Of a stretch of 64,000 nucleotides of DNA, positions 47,650-59,058 are shown piece after piece. A program made the position numbers and the translations under genes. The stretch spans positions 100,068,001 through 100,132,000 of the forward strand of contig JBNRSN020000016.1 in assembly GCA_051313645.2 (NCBI GenBank), given 5' to 3'. Source of the stretch: Centroscyllium fabricii. Its lineage: Eukaryota. The notes beneath the pieces were generated by a model. It was given only the letters and a program-made list of their open reading frames with translations, searched no databases and was not told the DNA's origin. Numbering within the stretch: the stretch's first letter is position 1; each line of letters starts with the position of its first letter.

Positions 47650-47950
47650 CAGCTGTCTCTCATTCTGCCAGCGCAATTCACACTTCATCTAGAGCCATCC
47701 TTTGTTTCTTAACCTGTCCCATTGCCATCTCCTTTTGCCTTGAATGTCTCTTAACCTCCCCTGCCTTCTATCCTATCACAGACCTTCCCTTTTGTTTCAC
47801 AGCTCCTACACTTGCTTAAAAATCTGTTTCATTTCCTGCTTTTTTCCAGTTCTGACGAAAGGTCATCGACCTGAAACATGAACTCTGTTTCTCTCTCCAC
47901 AGATGCTGCCTGGCCTGCTGAGTATTTCCAGCATTTTCTGTTTTTATTTA
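47650..47950 (+). mobile_element. Second Penelope-like 3' end with a degenerate hammerhead motif (47848-47884)
   Basis: AGUU-CUGACGA-A-AGGUC AUC GACCU-GAAA-CAUG-AACU, followed by CAGATGCTGCC...GCTGAGTATTTCCAGCATTTTCTGTTTTTATT. Confidence 0.65.
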
Positions 47951-47965
47951 TTATAAAAAGTCATT

Positions 47966-48770
47966 GGGCCAGAAATTCCCCATGAGCCTTCGTGCGGGTG
48001 CAGTGCTGCTAGTTGCACTTACCCAGCACATCTGCCGTTTTGATTTTTTGCACTGTTACTTTCCGAGTTGCCCAGCTTGTCAAAGCTCTGTGTGAGCTTC
48101 ATGGGCAACTGAAGGGCGTAATTAGTTCGAGATCTCTTTTGAGACCACGTGATTGGCAGAGAGCCAATCAGTGGAAGCAATCCTCCATTCAAAACTTCCA
48201 CGGAGAAATCTGTGTAAGTTTTGAAAGGATAGATGTTCCAAAACACATCTAAACTCAAAAATAAAATTTTAAAAACACCACATTTTTTTAACATTACTCC
48301 AACTAACATAAATAACCTATGTTAAAGAAAAAATAAAAATTTACAGAATTTTTTTTCACTCTTTAACAGGCCTAAAAAAATACCTACCTGTCCTTAAAGT
48401 TAACAATAATTTAAAAACCTGAAAAAACATTTAAAATCAATAAAATAAAGACTTACCTGCTAAAAACGGGTGCTTACGACTCCTTTTTCCAAGCATAGAA
48501 TCTTGTGTGCTTGGTCCGATGAACATCTTAAAAAAAAAACGGAATGTTGCAGCGCACCACGTGGTGCACTGGTTCCTGCATTAGCCATCGCAGGAGCTCT
48601 GCCCCCCCCCCTACTGGCCGCCTACGGAAAGCATGAAGCAGCGCAAACGGCTGCTTCATGCGGGTTTAAGCTCTGGTGCGCTCGCACCAGAGCTCAAACG
48701 GGATATGCGCGGCTCGGAAATACCAGGCCATTATGGTGTGGTCCAAGCCAAATGGATATTTTAAATCCAA
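47966..48770. mobile_element. Non-autonomous TIR element related to 9486-10179
   Basis: Starts GGGCCAGAAATT; similar AT-rich core; right end uncertain. Confidence 0.5.
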
Positions 48771-50145
48771 TGGCAGATACTTGGTGTTGTGCTATGTTTA
48801 GAATGCATGTTTTTTGATCATATAGCAGATGGATGGAGAGATGAGAAGATGCAGTATAGCTGTGTGCTTTAAGCATTTCTGATTCCCCTGCTGGACATCA
48901 TTATGGTCATTCGTAGATTGGGATGTAACTAGAGCTGTACCTGTGAGACTCATTTGCAGAATGTAGGATTTTATATAGCACTTCGGTCTGCTGTTTGCAG
49001 AGCCTTTGCAGTCAACCTTTTTCATTAAATTAGATTTTTGAAATTAGTTCTAAGTCTTCATAAGTTAATGTCGAGCATTGTCTATCCAAGAGCCTTTATA
49101 ATCTTCATTCAAATGACCAAACTGAATGAAATATTCACTTGTTCCATTCCAAGTTATAAAGCAATTGCACTGCTGCTACATAATAAAAGTATTATTCTAC
49201 CCATGGGCTGTATTCCTGAATGTGGCTGAAGAGAATACAATCATGCACTTTATAATTAGATGCGAAGCCTAGTGGACAAGAGGCATGCTTTCACAATTAG
49301 AAAATAGAAGTATTGTAGCAGTCCCTAATGTAGTAAACAAAGCTGAGATCATGCATAGACTTGTAATCGTTTCCAAAAGAAATCTGTTATCAATGCAAAA
49401 TGTGTTCTCTCTTAAATTTATATTTTCAGTGTTTTGAGAGTTTCAACATAACTTCAGTCCTGTGTTTGTGGCTCATTTGATTAACTTGCTGCACATTAAG
49501 TGGACAGTTACCTTTTTCAGTTCGTAGCATTTTAAGCTTGTATAACAAATTTTCCTTCAAAAACAATTAATTTCTACCTCAATTGGCTTCAAATGACCAA
49601 AAAAAAATGCAACCCATTGACGTCATTGGCTTGTTTTCAACCACCTACACTCATTAATTCGAAGAATTGACATCTTTATCTGTACCCTTGTCTACAACAC
49701 CTTACTGTTTCCTCTTGTAGCCACAGAGCATGTAATGAAAGAGTACACTTAGTACAGAAACAAATTGTCCCACTGTCCTACAGCAGTGGTCAGTAAAGAA
49801 TTGTCCTGTAATATATGTAGATCTATGTTTGTATTGTCATAAACATTTAATCTTAATGATCTCCATTTTGAGTAAAAGTTATTAATTTTCTTAAAAGGAA
49901 TAACATCACCAGCAGCAAATTCCATTTGGTCAAAGATTCATCGGCAGAAAGATTTCTGTAATGCTTCGACTGAACTTTTCATAGTAATAGTTTATTTGTT
50001 TTTCTTTTCTAGGTAAATACATGCAACGTTTTACCTTTTTATTTTAAAGCCTCCGATTTATTGCTGATATTTGCCTATCTGTTTGAATTGCTGTAAAATT
50101 GCAAATAACCCAGACTTGACCAGCTGTTGTACACTGATTCTTAAT

Positions 50146-50487
50146 AGAAAGAGACTTGCATTTACATAGCGCCTTTCACGACCACCGGACGTCTCTAAGC
50201 GCTTCACAGCCAATGAAGTATTTTTGAAGTGGAGTCACTGTTGTAATGTAGGAAATGCACGTGGCAGCCAATTTGCGCACAGCAAGCCATCACAAACAGC
50301 AATGTGATCATGACCAGATAATCTGTTGTTTTTAGTGATGTTGATTGAGGGATAAATATTGGCCTGGACACCAGGGAGAACTCCCCTGCTCCTCTTCGAA
50401 ATAGTGCCATGGGATCTTTTACATCCACCTGAGAAAGCAAACGGGGCCTCGGTTTAACGTCTCATCCGAAAGACGGCACCTCCAACT
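50146..50487 (-). mobile_element. SacSINE1/DeuSINE-type SINE fragment
   Basis: GACTTGCATTTACATAGCGCC tail and GCAGCCAATTTGCGCACAGCAAG core, recalled as typical of this family. Confidence 0.75.
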
Positions 50488-50848
50488 AAAGATACCTTGC
50501 GTTCACTTTTGAAAAATATGTAAACGTATTCCCATGTACTTCCGGCATGAACCATAAAATTTCCATTTATAGATTGAGTTATTGTTGCAAAGAATGATTT
50601 TTATCATTGGAGTACTTAAAAAAAAAAAAAAAAAGCAAGCTTAAAAACAGATCAAATTGGATTTATTTACAGTTTTTAACCAGCGAGTTGATCAGATGGG
50701 TAATGGCATGCTGTATTTCCACTGAAGCGCTGACGCCACGTGCCATTCTATTTTTGGCATTGGAGCTATAATGTAGCTGAAAGTGCCCAAGACCTCTGGG
50801 CTCAGGGTGGTTTTTCAGTGCTGGCCACTACTTTTCTGGCTATAGATG

Positions 50849-51378
50849 GGCTGAGTAATCAGCCCATCTACACAAGCTAGAAATGTGGGGGGATTTGTAT
50901 CAGTGGCCTGTAAGGACTTTACTATTTGGGAAAAGTTGACTGTCGGAGAAATGGGAACTTTTAAATAACTGCACTTGTGCAAGTTTGGCTTGTGAAAGTT
51001 GCTTTTATGTTGGCACCAGTGGTCTGAAATCCACTACCCCTCCAGTATGAATTAAATAGATTCCAGAGCTTTGAGAATCAAGATAATTTCTACTTGAAGT
51101 CGTACTGTGTAATATAGAGACTCGATGAACCTAGTAGTGAGAAAACAGGACTAAAGTACAGCACTCTGGGTTAATGAGTTTGCTGATTGTTCATCTCTCT
51201 TACTGTTCACATCAGTAAATTCTCCCAGTGATGTCAATAGGGGTAGCTGTTATTAACTAATATTTAAAAAATATATAGATAAAAACTGTTCAAATTAATT
51301 ATATAATGGTTTGACTTGTAAAAGGCGTCTTCAATAAAATTGTAGAACTACTGAAATACATTCATGTCTTTTTCTGAA
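50849..51378 (+). repeat. Left arm of the ~525-bp inverted duplication
   Basis: Reverse complement of 55984-56502, with a few substitutions, one 13-bp indel and one 2-bp indel. Confidence 0.96.
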
Positions 51379-51492
51379 TCCTGCACTTCTAAACTGTTAA
51401 TAGGTTTTAGTTGCCTTTATGATTGTAGAAATTTGTATGCCTAAATTATGTATACCTAGAAATTTCCTGATTTTTTTTTTCTTTTTCTCTAG

Positions 51493-51614
51493 TAAACGAA
51501 ATTATAGGAAGAGATATGTCACAGATTCCAACTTCTCGTGCAACAGCAGTACATGTCCAATCCCAGTGTGCCTGCCCTGGAGCTTTGGAAAGTGGAATAC
51601 CCGAGGGAGTCTAA
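51493..51614 (+). CDS. NFATC3: Terminal coding exon of nuclear factor of activated T-cells c3 (C-terminal 40 aa)
   Basis: Strong acceptor (T-tract, CTTTTTCTCTAG). Phase-1 translation [40 protein letters not shown] is colinear with the human NFATC3 C-terminus as I recall it ([40 protein letters not shown]). Confidence 0.88.
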
Positions 51615-54600
51615 TGTCAACTACAAACACCACGTATTCCGTTGGTTTGCTGTTCTTCATCAGATTGATGTCCAACATCAGCCCCTCTCCGCCCGCCCCC
51701 CCCCCCACCCCCCACCCACCCAACCCTCAAAAAAAAAAAAATTGTTGTGCTTCCAACATTGTGGCCTTTGATAAACTGGAACAGTGGACCCTTGCAAGGG
51801 GTGCTGCAGTTCTCCACTGACATGGAACCATACGGTGTCAGTCCCACATCGTAATGCTCTACAAATGCCGTCTCCGAAATCTCTGAAAAAACATAGAAGT
51901 GACTTTAATCTACTTTAGAAATACATTTGAGAGAGTTAGCTCTCCTTTAGTAGATTAATTCAAGTAGTATACTGTACATGGATAGAGTGTTTTATCACGA
52001 TTAGGGTGATTTGTATCTGCTGTAGTATCTACCATAAATATTACCCACATTTTAAGCTAAAAGGGGGTTTAGTAAGGTCTATGGTTTGGTGGTAATATAA
52101 ATGGATGGTAAAACAAATGCTGTAAGTTGTGAAGTATTCTGCATTTTGTCATTCTGAAGAGTGCTTAAGCTTGTAGGCTGTGCAAAAGGTTTCTTGAAAA
52201 TGAAAACTTCCAGAGACAAGGAAACCTGTCCAGTGTAGCCAATGGCATGGAAGCCATCATGTAAAATGACTAACAATTCTTTGTTAATAGGAAGCAAAGC
52301 CAACTGTAGTACTGCATTTGTTTCAAGCTTAAAATGGTATCTTGTAGATTCAACAGACCATTCCATCATGGAAATATGTGGTCGGGATGGGGGTGGGGGG
52401 GCAGGGGAGGGGGGACACAACATTCCAAATGCAAGGAGTTTTTGAAACTTTGTAGATATGTTTCTCTGTACTTCAAGTTAGCACAAATACAAGCGCCTTA
52501 CTAATTTAGCTTTTAGAATTTGTCTGAAGCTTTCATAGAATTGATGCATTTTGTAATAAAATGGGGCTTCTAGAATAAATAACTTTTACTATGTACAGGA
52601 TTGAAGTTGAAGCCATTGAAATATAATAAGTTAAATGACTACAGTTTGCAGAGGATTTCAAGTGCTTTTGAAGTGTTTTGGTCATTTGTAATAGCCCATG
52701 TGACACGTGAATCTCCACTGGTTGACATCAAGAAGGTCCTACGAAGGAGAAGTCATACAAGCTGTGTATGCAAAATGTGACAGGTGGGGAGAAAACTACT
52801 GCTTCATTCACACAGCATTACTGGTACATCTGATTTATGATTAGGATTATTTAGACCAGATATATTCTGGTTTACATCTAAAATGATTGTAGATGTAACT
52901 ATAATTTATAGCATTGCTTTTGGTAAAGTGGAAATATATTGTAATTGAGAAACACCATATATGTGTTTTTCATCCCAGTGAAATTGTGCACCATACAAAG
53001 GACTGGCACATGTTGAAATCACGTTTGTCACCTTATTAACAGCTCCATAGCATCCCTAATCATCAACTATTTATAAAAATAATGCAATAGTCACTGAAAT
53101 AGGGATACCAGTCTAAACATTTAAATAAAAACAAATGAAATTCAAATTATGCCACTCCATTATTAGGCCAGTCTGTATCTATTTTGTGCAGAAAGCACAC
53201 TCCAAGGCTGTTTTATGAAATAGCATAAATGCAGTTTACAGAACGAGGCAGGGGATGACATAATATAAAAGGTGAAACAAAGGTTGCTTTTATTTTTGTC
53301 AGCATAATAAACTTTGTTATTTGCTTGCAATGCTAAGGAAATTGCTTGTTAAATGCAAAAAAATCTGCACCATACATGAATATAAAAAGAACACATGAGA
53401 ACATTTAACTTTACTACCCATCCCAAAAGAACACAAATCTGAGCACAATTCAGATTACTATGGGGCCAGTGAAAAGTCCTATTCATAGTTAATTGGGAGT
53501 AATTATGTTGTGAGCTTTTATAAGTTTAGGGTCAACCTTCTAACTGCCAAATTACAATTAGATTATTGCTTGGTTAAGTACCATTAAAAACCTTATTCTA
53601 AAAAATATAAAATGGTTAACTGAGCAGAATATTATTTTAATGCCACTGATCTCCATAATCAGAAGCTTTGAGATGAGTATCACTCTTAATGTTAGATAGC
53701 ACTTATGCAGTAGTGAAAGGTTCTGTTGTTTTCATCTCCCTGTACTGAACCAGCACCATACAGTGTTCAGGCATGTTTTATTTCACAATATATCTAGCAC
53801 TTATTGCATAAAGAAATCTATGAAGGATTAGACTGTTTTCCTGCCTTCGCTTTTGACCTTGGACATCATAGCATGTGGAGTTTGTAATGACTGGTACACC
53901 ACCCGAGTTTTCTTTGCACATCCTCTGGAGTGACTTGTGAAGCTGTACTGTACTAGTGTATGGAAGCCCGTACAACCCCCAGAAAATCCTATGCACTGAA
54001 CCTTCCGATGCCTTCAAATTACCTTGACGCCTAAAGATGTAGAAACTCTAGAACTGCTTTAAAAAAACAAAAACTAAAAAACCTATAGCGGTGGACAACC
54101 ACTTCTTCTATGTATCTGCTTTGTTAAGGATTACGTACAAGGGTCTTAATAAAACTGCATTTTGTTGCTTTAATTCTTTTATAGGAGTGTAGAAAAAAAA
54201 CAACTTTATGACTCGGTTGTTTTAATCGATTGTCGTAAAAGCACAGACTTATTAGGCTATGCAAATTCAGTTTTGTAAACAGCACGTTGGGGTTTTGGCC
54301 TGTTGGTATTCATTAAAAAAAAAATAAGCTGATGTACGTGGTACTCTCTGTGCTGCTCTGATGTGTATTTAAAAAAAACAGTTTCCTGACTCATGTAGAA
54401 CGTTTGGAAAACTGTAGGAAAGCCTTAATTCTTCTTTTGTTCAAAAGCTACACGAAAAAAAAATCTGTAAATTTCAATGAACTGTGGTTGCATTTTAGTA
54501 AAATAAACTACATTAAGGGTACTGGATTATAATCATGTTAGTTACAAAAAGGATGGAATAGGATTGTATAATTTGGAACTGAAACTGGCTTCAGTGCAAT

Positions 54601-54985
54601 TATGTTCATCCTTTGGAAAACATTACTGTGTCAATGGAACTGCCATCCTTTTTTTAACCAAAGAATAAAAACTTTCACTTGCTGGTGTGAACACTTGCTT
54701 TAAAACTCTATTTTTGATACTCAAAACAGATGTCATTCCTAACGGTCGGATTTGTTCAATAATTGTACGTTTTGTAGAAGGAGCAAAACTACTACAGGCT
54801 AAGTCAACTGTTTTGCAGATGTTTACAGAGCCTTGTAATTTCATGTACATTTTGTATTTTAAAATTTTGTAAGGAATTTTAAGATTGCTGTGCTGTTGAG
54901 AGACATACAAATGAAAGAACTTGCATCCTAGGCTCTTAAATCATAGTGTTTAAATAAAATGTAAGATGTGTAACCTTGAGTGTTT
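51615..54985 (+). other. NFATC3: Putative NFATC3 3' UTR (~3.4 kb)
   Basis: Transposon-free, AU-rich stretch after the stop, ending at AATAAA (~54953) followed by a GT/T-rich element. Confidence 0.6.
54953..54958 (+). promoter_or_regulatory. Candidate distal polyadenylation signal
   Basis: AATAAA followed by GTGTTTTT about 25 nt downstream; repeats resume after it. Confidence 0.5.
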
Positions 54986-55433
54986 TTATCAGTTACTTGA
55001 CATACATAGGCAGAAGGTTTGAATGTTCTCATTCTAATTGATATATATTTCACTCTTTGTAAATTTCACATTCTTTTAATAGGGAGAATAGATTTGTAAT
55101 ACTGTACTAACATAATATGTCAGCGACTAGTAAAGTAACAAATAACACAAAGTAAATGGCCGTTGATCACGTGTTTCAGATGTTGTCCTAAACCACAACA
55201 GCAGTTTCTGACTTATCTGAGCACAGAGATTATAATGCAAGTTTCAAGTTACTGCCTCCTATCTATGCTTGATTAAAATATAAAAATCTCGTTGTAATTA
55301 AGTTGTAATTTCCACTTTCATTTCAAACTAAAGTAAGGTGTCCCCATTTTTATGTGGATTCCAAGATTGTGCATTAAGCTGATGTACAAGCAACTATATT
55401 ATGGCCATTGTGGAAAACTAGTCAAAGCAGTGA

Positions 55434-55829
55434 CATAGAAACATAGAAGATAGGAGCAGGAGTAGGCCATTCGGCCCTTCGAGCCTGCTCCGCCATTCAA
55501 TGAGATCATGGCTGATCATCCAAATCCAGCACACTGTCCCTGCCTTCTCCCCATATCCCTCGATCCCTATCAAACCTGCACCGACACATATCCCACCCTA
55601 TCCCCGTAACCCCACATATTTAATCCCCCAAACACTAAGGGTCAATTTGTCATGGCCAATCAACCTAACCCACACATTTTTGGACTGTGGGAGGAAACCG
55701 GAGCACCCGGAGGAAACCCACGCAGACACGGGGAGAATGTGCAAACTCCACACAGATAGTCACCCGAGGCTGGATTTGAACCCGGGTCTCCAGTGCTGAG
55801 ACAACAGTGCTAACCACTATGCCACCGTG
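55434..55829 (-). mobile_element. HE1/V-SINE-type SINE
   Basis: Reverse-complement homologue of 43919-44293. Confidence 0.9.
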
Positions 55830-55983
55830 ACGTTGTTACTGCAGGTTCCAGAAATAATTTGCTAACACTACTTCAACAACAGTTTGTGGCAGAGAATTCC
55901 AAATTGTGACCACCCTCAAATTATATTTTTTCTCGAATTATTTCTTTAATTTTTTTTTTTGATGATCGTATGTTTGTCCCCTC

Positions 55984-56502
55984 TTCAGAAAAAGACACAT
56001 GAATGTATTTCAGTAGTTCTACAATTTTATTGAAGATGCCTTTTACAAGTCAAACCATTATATAATTAATTTGAACAGTTTTTATCTATATATTTTTTAA
56101 ATATTAGTTAATAACAGCTACCCCTATTGACATCACTGGGAGAATTTACTGATGCGAACAGTAAGAGAGATGAACAATGAGCAAACTCATTAACCCAGAG
56201 TGCTGTATTTTAGTCCTGTTTTCTCACTACTCGGTTCATTGAGTCTTTATATTACACAGTACGACTTCAAGTAGAAATTATCTTGATTCTCAAAGCTCTG
56301 GAATCTATTTCATTCAGTGGATTTCAGACCACTGGTGCCAACATAAAAGCAACTTTCACAAGCCAAACTTGCACAAGTGCAGTTATTTAAAAGTTCTCAT
56401 TTCTCCGACAGTCAACTTTTCCCAAATAGTAAAGTCCTTACAGGCCACTGATACAAATTCCCCCACATTTCTAGCTTGTGTAGATGGGCTGATTACTCAG
56501 CC
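55984..56502 (-). repeat. Right arm of the ~525-bp inverted duplication
   Basis: Reverse complement of 50849-51378. Confidence 0.96.
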
Positions 56503-56974
56503 ATGGATGTTGCCTGACCACCTGAGTTTTTCCAGCATTTTCTGTTGTTATTCCTTAACCTACTCAGCTCTGTGAGAAAGCCCTATAGAGAGATGCCCAA
56601 AACTGTACAATACTTCAGTTGTAGTCTAATGAATATCCTGTGCAAATTCAGCAAGACTGGCTTGCTTTTGTATTTTTATGTCACTAGATACAATTCTGCT
56701 TGTCTTTTTTGTGGCTTATTTACTTAAACTGCCACCTTTATTGATCTATGATCTGCACATCTGTTGCTCTATACCATTTAAAATATTGCTGCTTAAGGTG
56801 TACTTGCTTTCCCTATTGCGTTCAAAATTTATTATTTCATATTTCTCTGAATTGAAATGCAGCTTCTTACCTTGCTCGCCTATTCTATGTTCTGGAGTCT
56901 TTCACAGTCCTTGCCCCAATTTATTATTATCATAAACTTACAAATATACGACTATTAGTTGCAACATGTCTATA

Positions 56975-57455
56975 CAGGTCCGACACCGTTAATCTGGCAC
57001 CGGCTGGACTAGTGAAAAATCCGAACGATTGAAGCTTCGGTGAGCGCTTGTGCAGACCATTTAAAATGGCTGCCACGCATGCCGGCGGCAATTTTGAATG
57101 GTCTGCGCATGAGCGCGCCAAAGCTTCAATCCTTTGGGGAGAGGCCCGGGCATGTGCAGCCAAGCGCGGTGGCCATTTTGCGCAGCCAAGCGCGGCGCCA
57201 TTTGCGCATGCGCAGCCAAGCGTAACAGCCATTTGCGCATGCGCAGACCAGTCGGGCAGTTGGGGAGAGGCCCGGGCATGCGCAGCCAAGCACGGTGGCC
57301 ATTTTGCACATGCACAGACCAGTCGGGGAGAGGCCCGGGCATGCGCAGCCAAGCGCAGCGGCCATTTTGCACATGCACAGACCAGTCGGCCGGATTCGTT
57401 CTGGACGACTAAAGTTTCCGGATTAAAGGTGTCTGGATTAACGGTGCCGGACCAG
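56975..57455. mobile_element. NRF1/YY1-rich Tc1/mariner MITE, copy D, with modular internal repeats
   Basis: TIR CAGGTCCGACACCGTTAATC / GATTAACGGTGCCGGACCAG, TA flanks; repeated GGGGAGAGGCCCGGGCATGCGCAGCCAAGC and GCCATTTTGC units. Confidence 0.85.
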
Positions 57456-59058
57456 TACCTGTACTAGAAAAGAATAACTGACCCCAGTAGGGCCAAGTTT
57501 CTATATCTTCTATCATGTGCAGTACTATCCATGTTTGTGCCACTAAAGTGTTGGTTGGCTTTTTCCTCAATATTCTTTCTGGCTGCCTAGCACTACTACA
57601 ATTGTAGCTTGCTAGGAAAAGATCTAGAGAGAAAATCTGGAAACAATCTGTGGCACCCTATGTTAGCTACTATGAAACTGGAGAGGATAAAAACAGAATC
57701 TGCAATGGACCATGGTAACTGCTAGGCAAAACCATTTCCAAATTCTCCCTCATATTGATAATGGCTTACTGCCCATGTGTTTCGAATGACATTAATTGGA
57801 GGATAATTTAGCAAAGTTACTACCCTGATCCCAATTTCCATTATTTTTCGGTTCGTTAAAAAGTGGACAAATAGAAGTAGCTTGAGCAACTACACTTCAA
57901 TTTTGTGTTTCTCCTGTCAGAAACAGTGCCCTCAGTGGATAGGACTCCAACTGTGTATTCAATTCAATTTTATTGTCATTGCAGTGTACTAGTACAATAC
58001 AATGAAACGTAGACTTGCCGCTCCCGAGAGTAGTACAAATAAGTTACATAACATGGGTTGCATACAATAAAGTACATTTCAAGTGTGTGGATAATGGAGT
58101 TTTTTGTTAGAGTTCAGGAGGCTGACAGCCCTGGGGAAGAAGCTGTTCTTGAATCTGGTCATGCGGGTGCGAATTGATCTGTAGCGTCTCCCGGAGGGCA
58201 GGGGGGCGAACAGACTATGGCTGGGGTGTGTGGGGTCTTTAATAATGTTCTGAGACCTCCGTAGGCAGCGTTTGAGGTAGGTGCTTTCAATTGATGGTAG
58301 CTGGGTGCCGGTGATTCGTTGAGCAGTTTTGACTACCCACTGCAGGGCCTTCCGGTCCGAGATGGTGCAGTTTCCATACCAGACTGTGATGCAGTTTGTC
58401 TGTATGCTTTCAATTGTGCAGCGGTAGAAGTTGGTGGGGATGCCGGATGTCAGCTTGGCCTTTTTCAGCTTCCTTAGGAAGTGCAGGCGCTGTTAGGCCT
58501 TCTTTATCAGAGAGGAGGTGTTTAGTGACCAGGAGAGGTCTTCCGCGATGTGGACCACGAGGAACTTGAAGCTGGACACCCTTTCCACCTCAGCTCCTTG
58601 GATGCAGATGGGGGTGTGTCTTCTGCCTTTAGTCTTCCGGAAGTCCACTATGATCTCCTTGGTTTGCTTGGTGTTTAGTGCCAGGTTGTTGTCAGCACAC
58701 CATCCCACAAGGCGCTGAATCTCATCCCTGTAGGCTGACTCATCGTTGTTGGTGATCTGGCCAACCACCGTGGTGTCATCCGCAAACTTGATCTTGTTGG
58801 AGCCGTGAACAGCCACACAGTCGTGGGTAAAGAGGGAGTAGAGGAGGGGGCTCAGCACACAGCCTTGTGGGGGCCCCTGTGTTCAGGTTAAGGGGGAGGT
58901 GAGGTTGCCTAACTTCACAGACTGGTCTGTTGGTTAGGAAGTCCAGGGTCCGGTTGCAGAGGGAGGCGTTCAGGCCAAGGGTGAGGAGTTTGGTAAACAG
59001 CTTGCTGGGGAAGATAGTGTTGAATGCTGAGCTTTAGTCAATGAACAGCATTCTGATA

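Noticed and set aside
51419-51820. 133-aa ORF over the terminal exon
   Set aside because: Wrong frame; the NFATC3-like peptide is in another frame starting at the 51492 acceptor.
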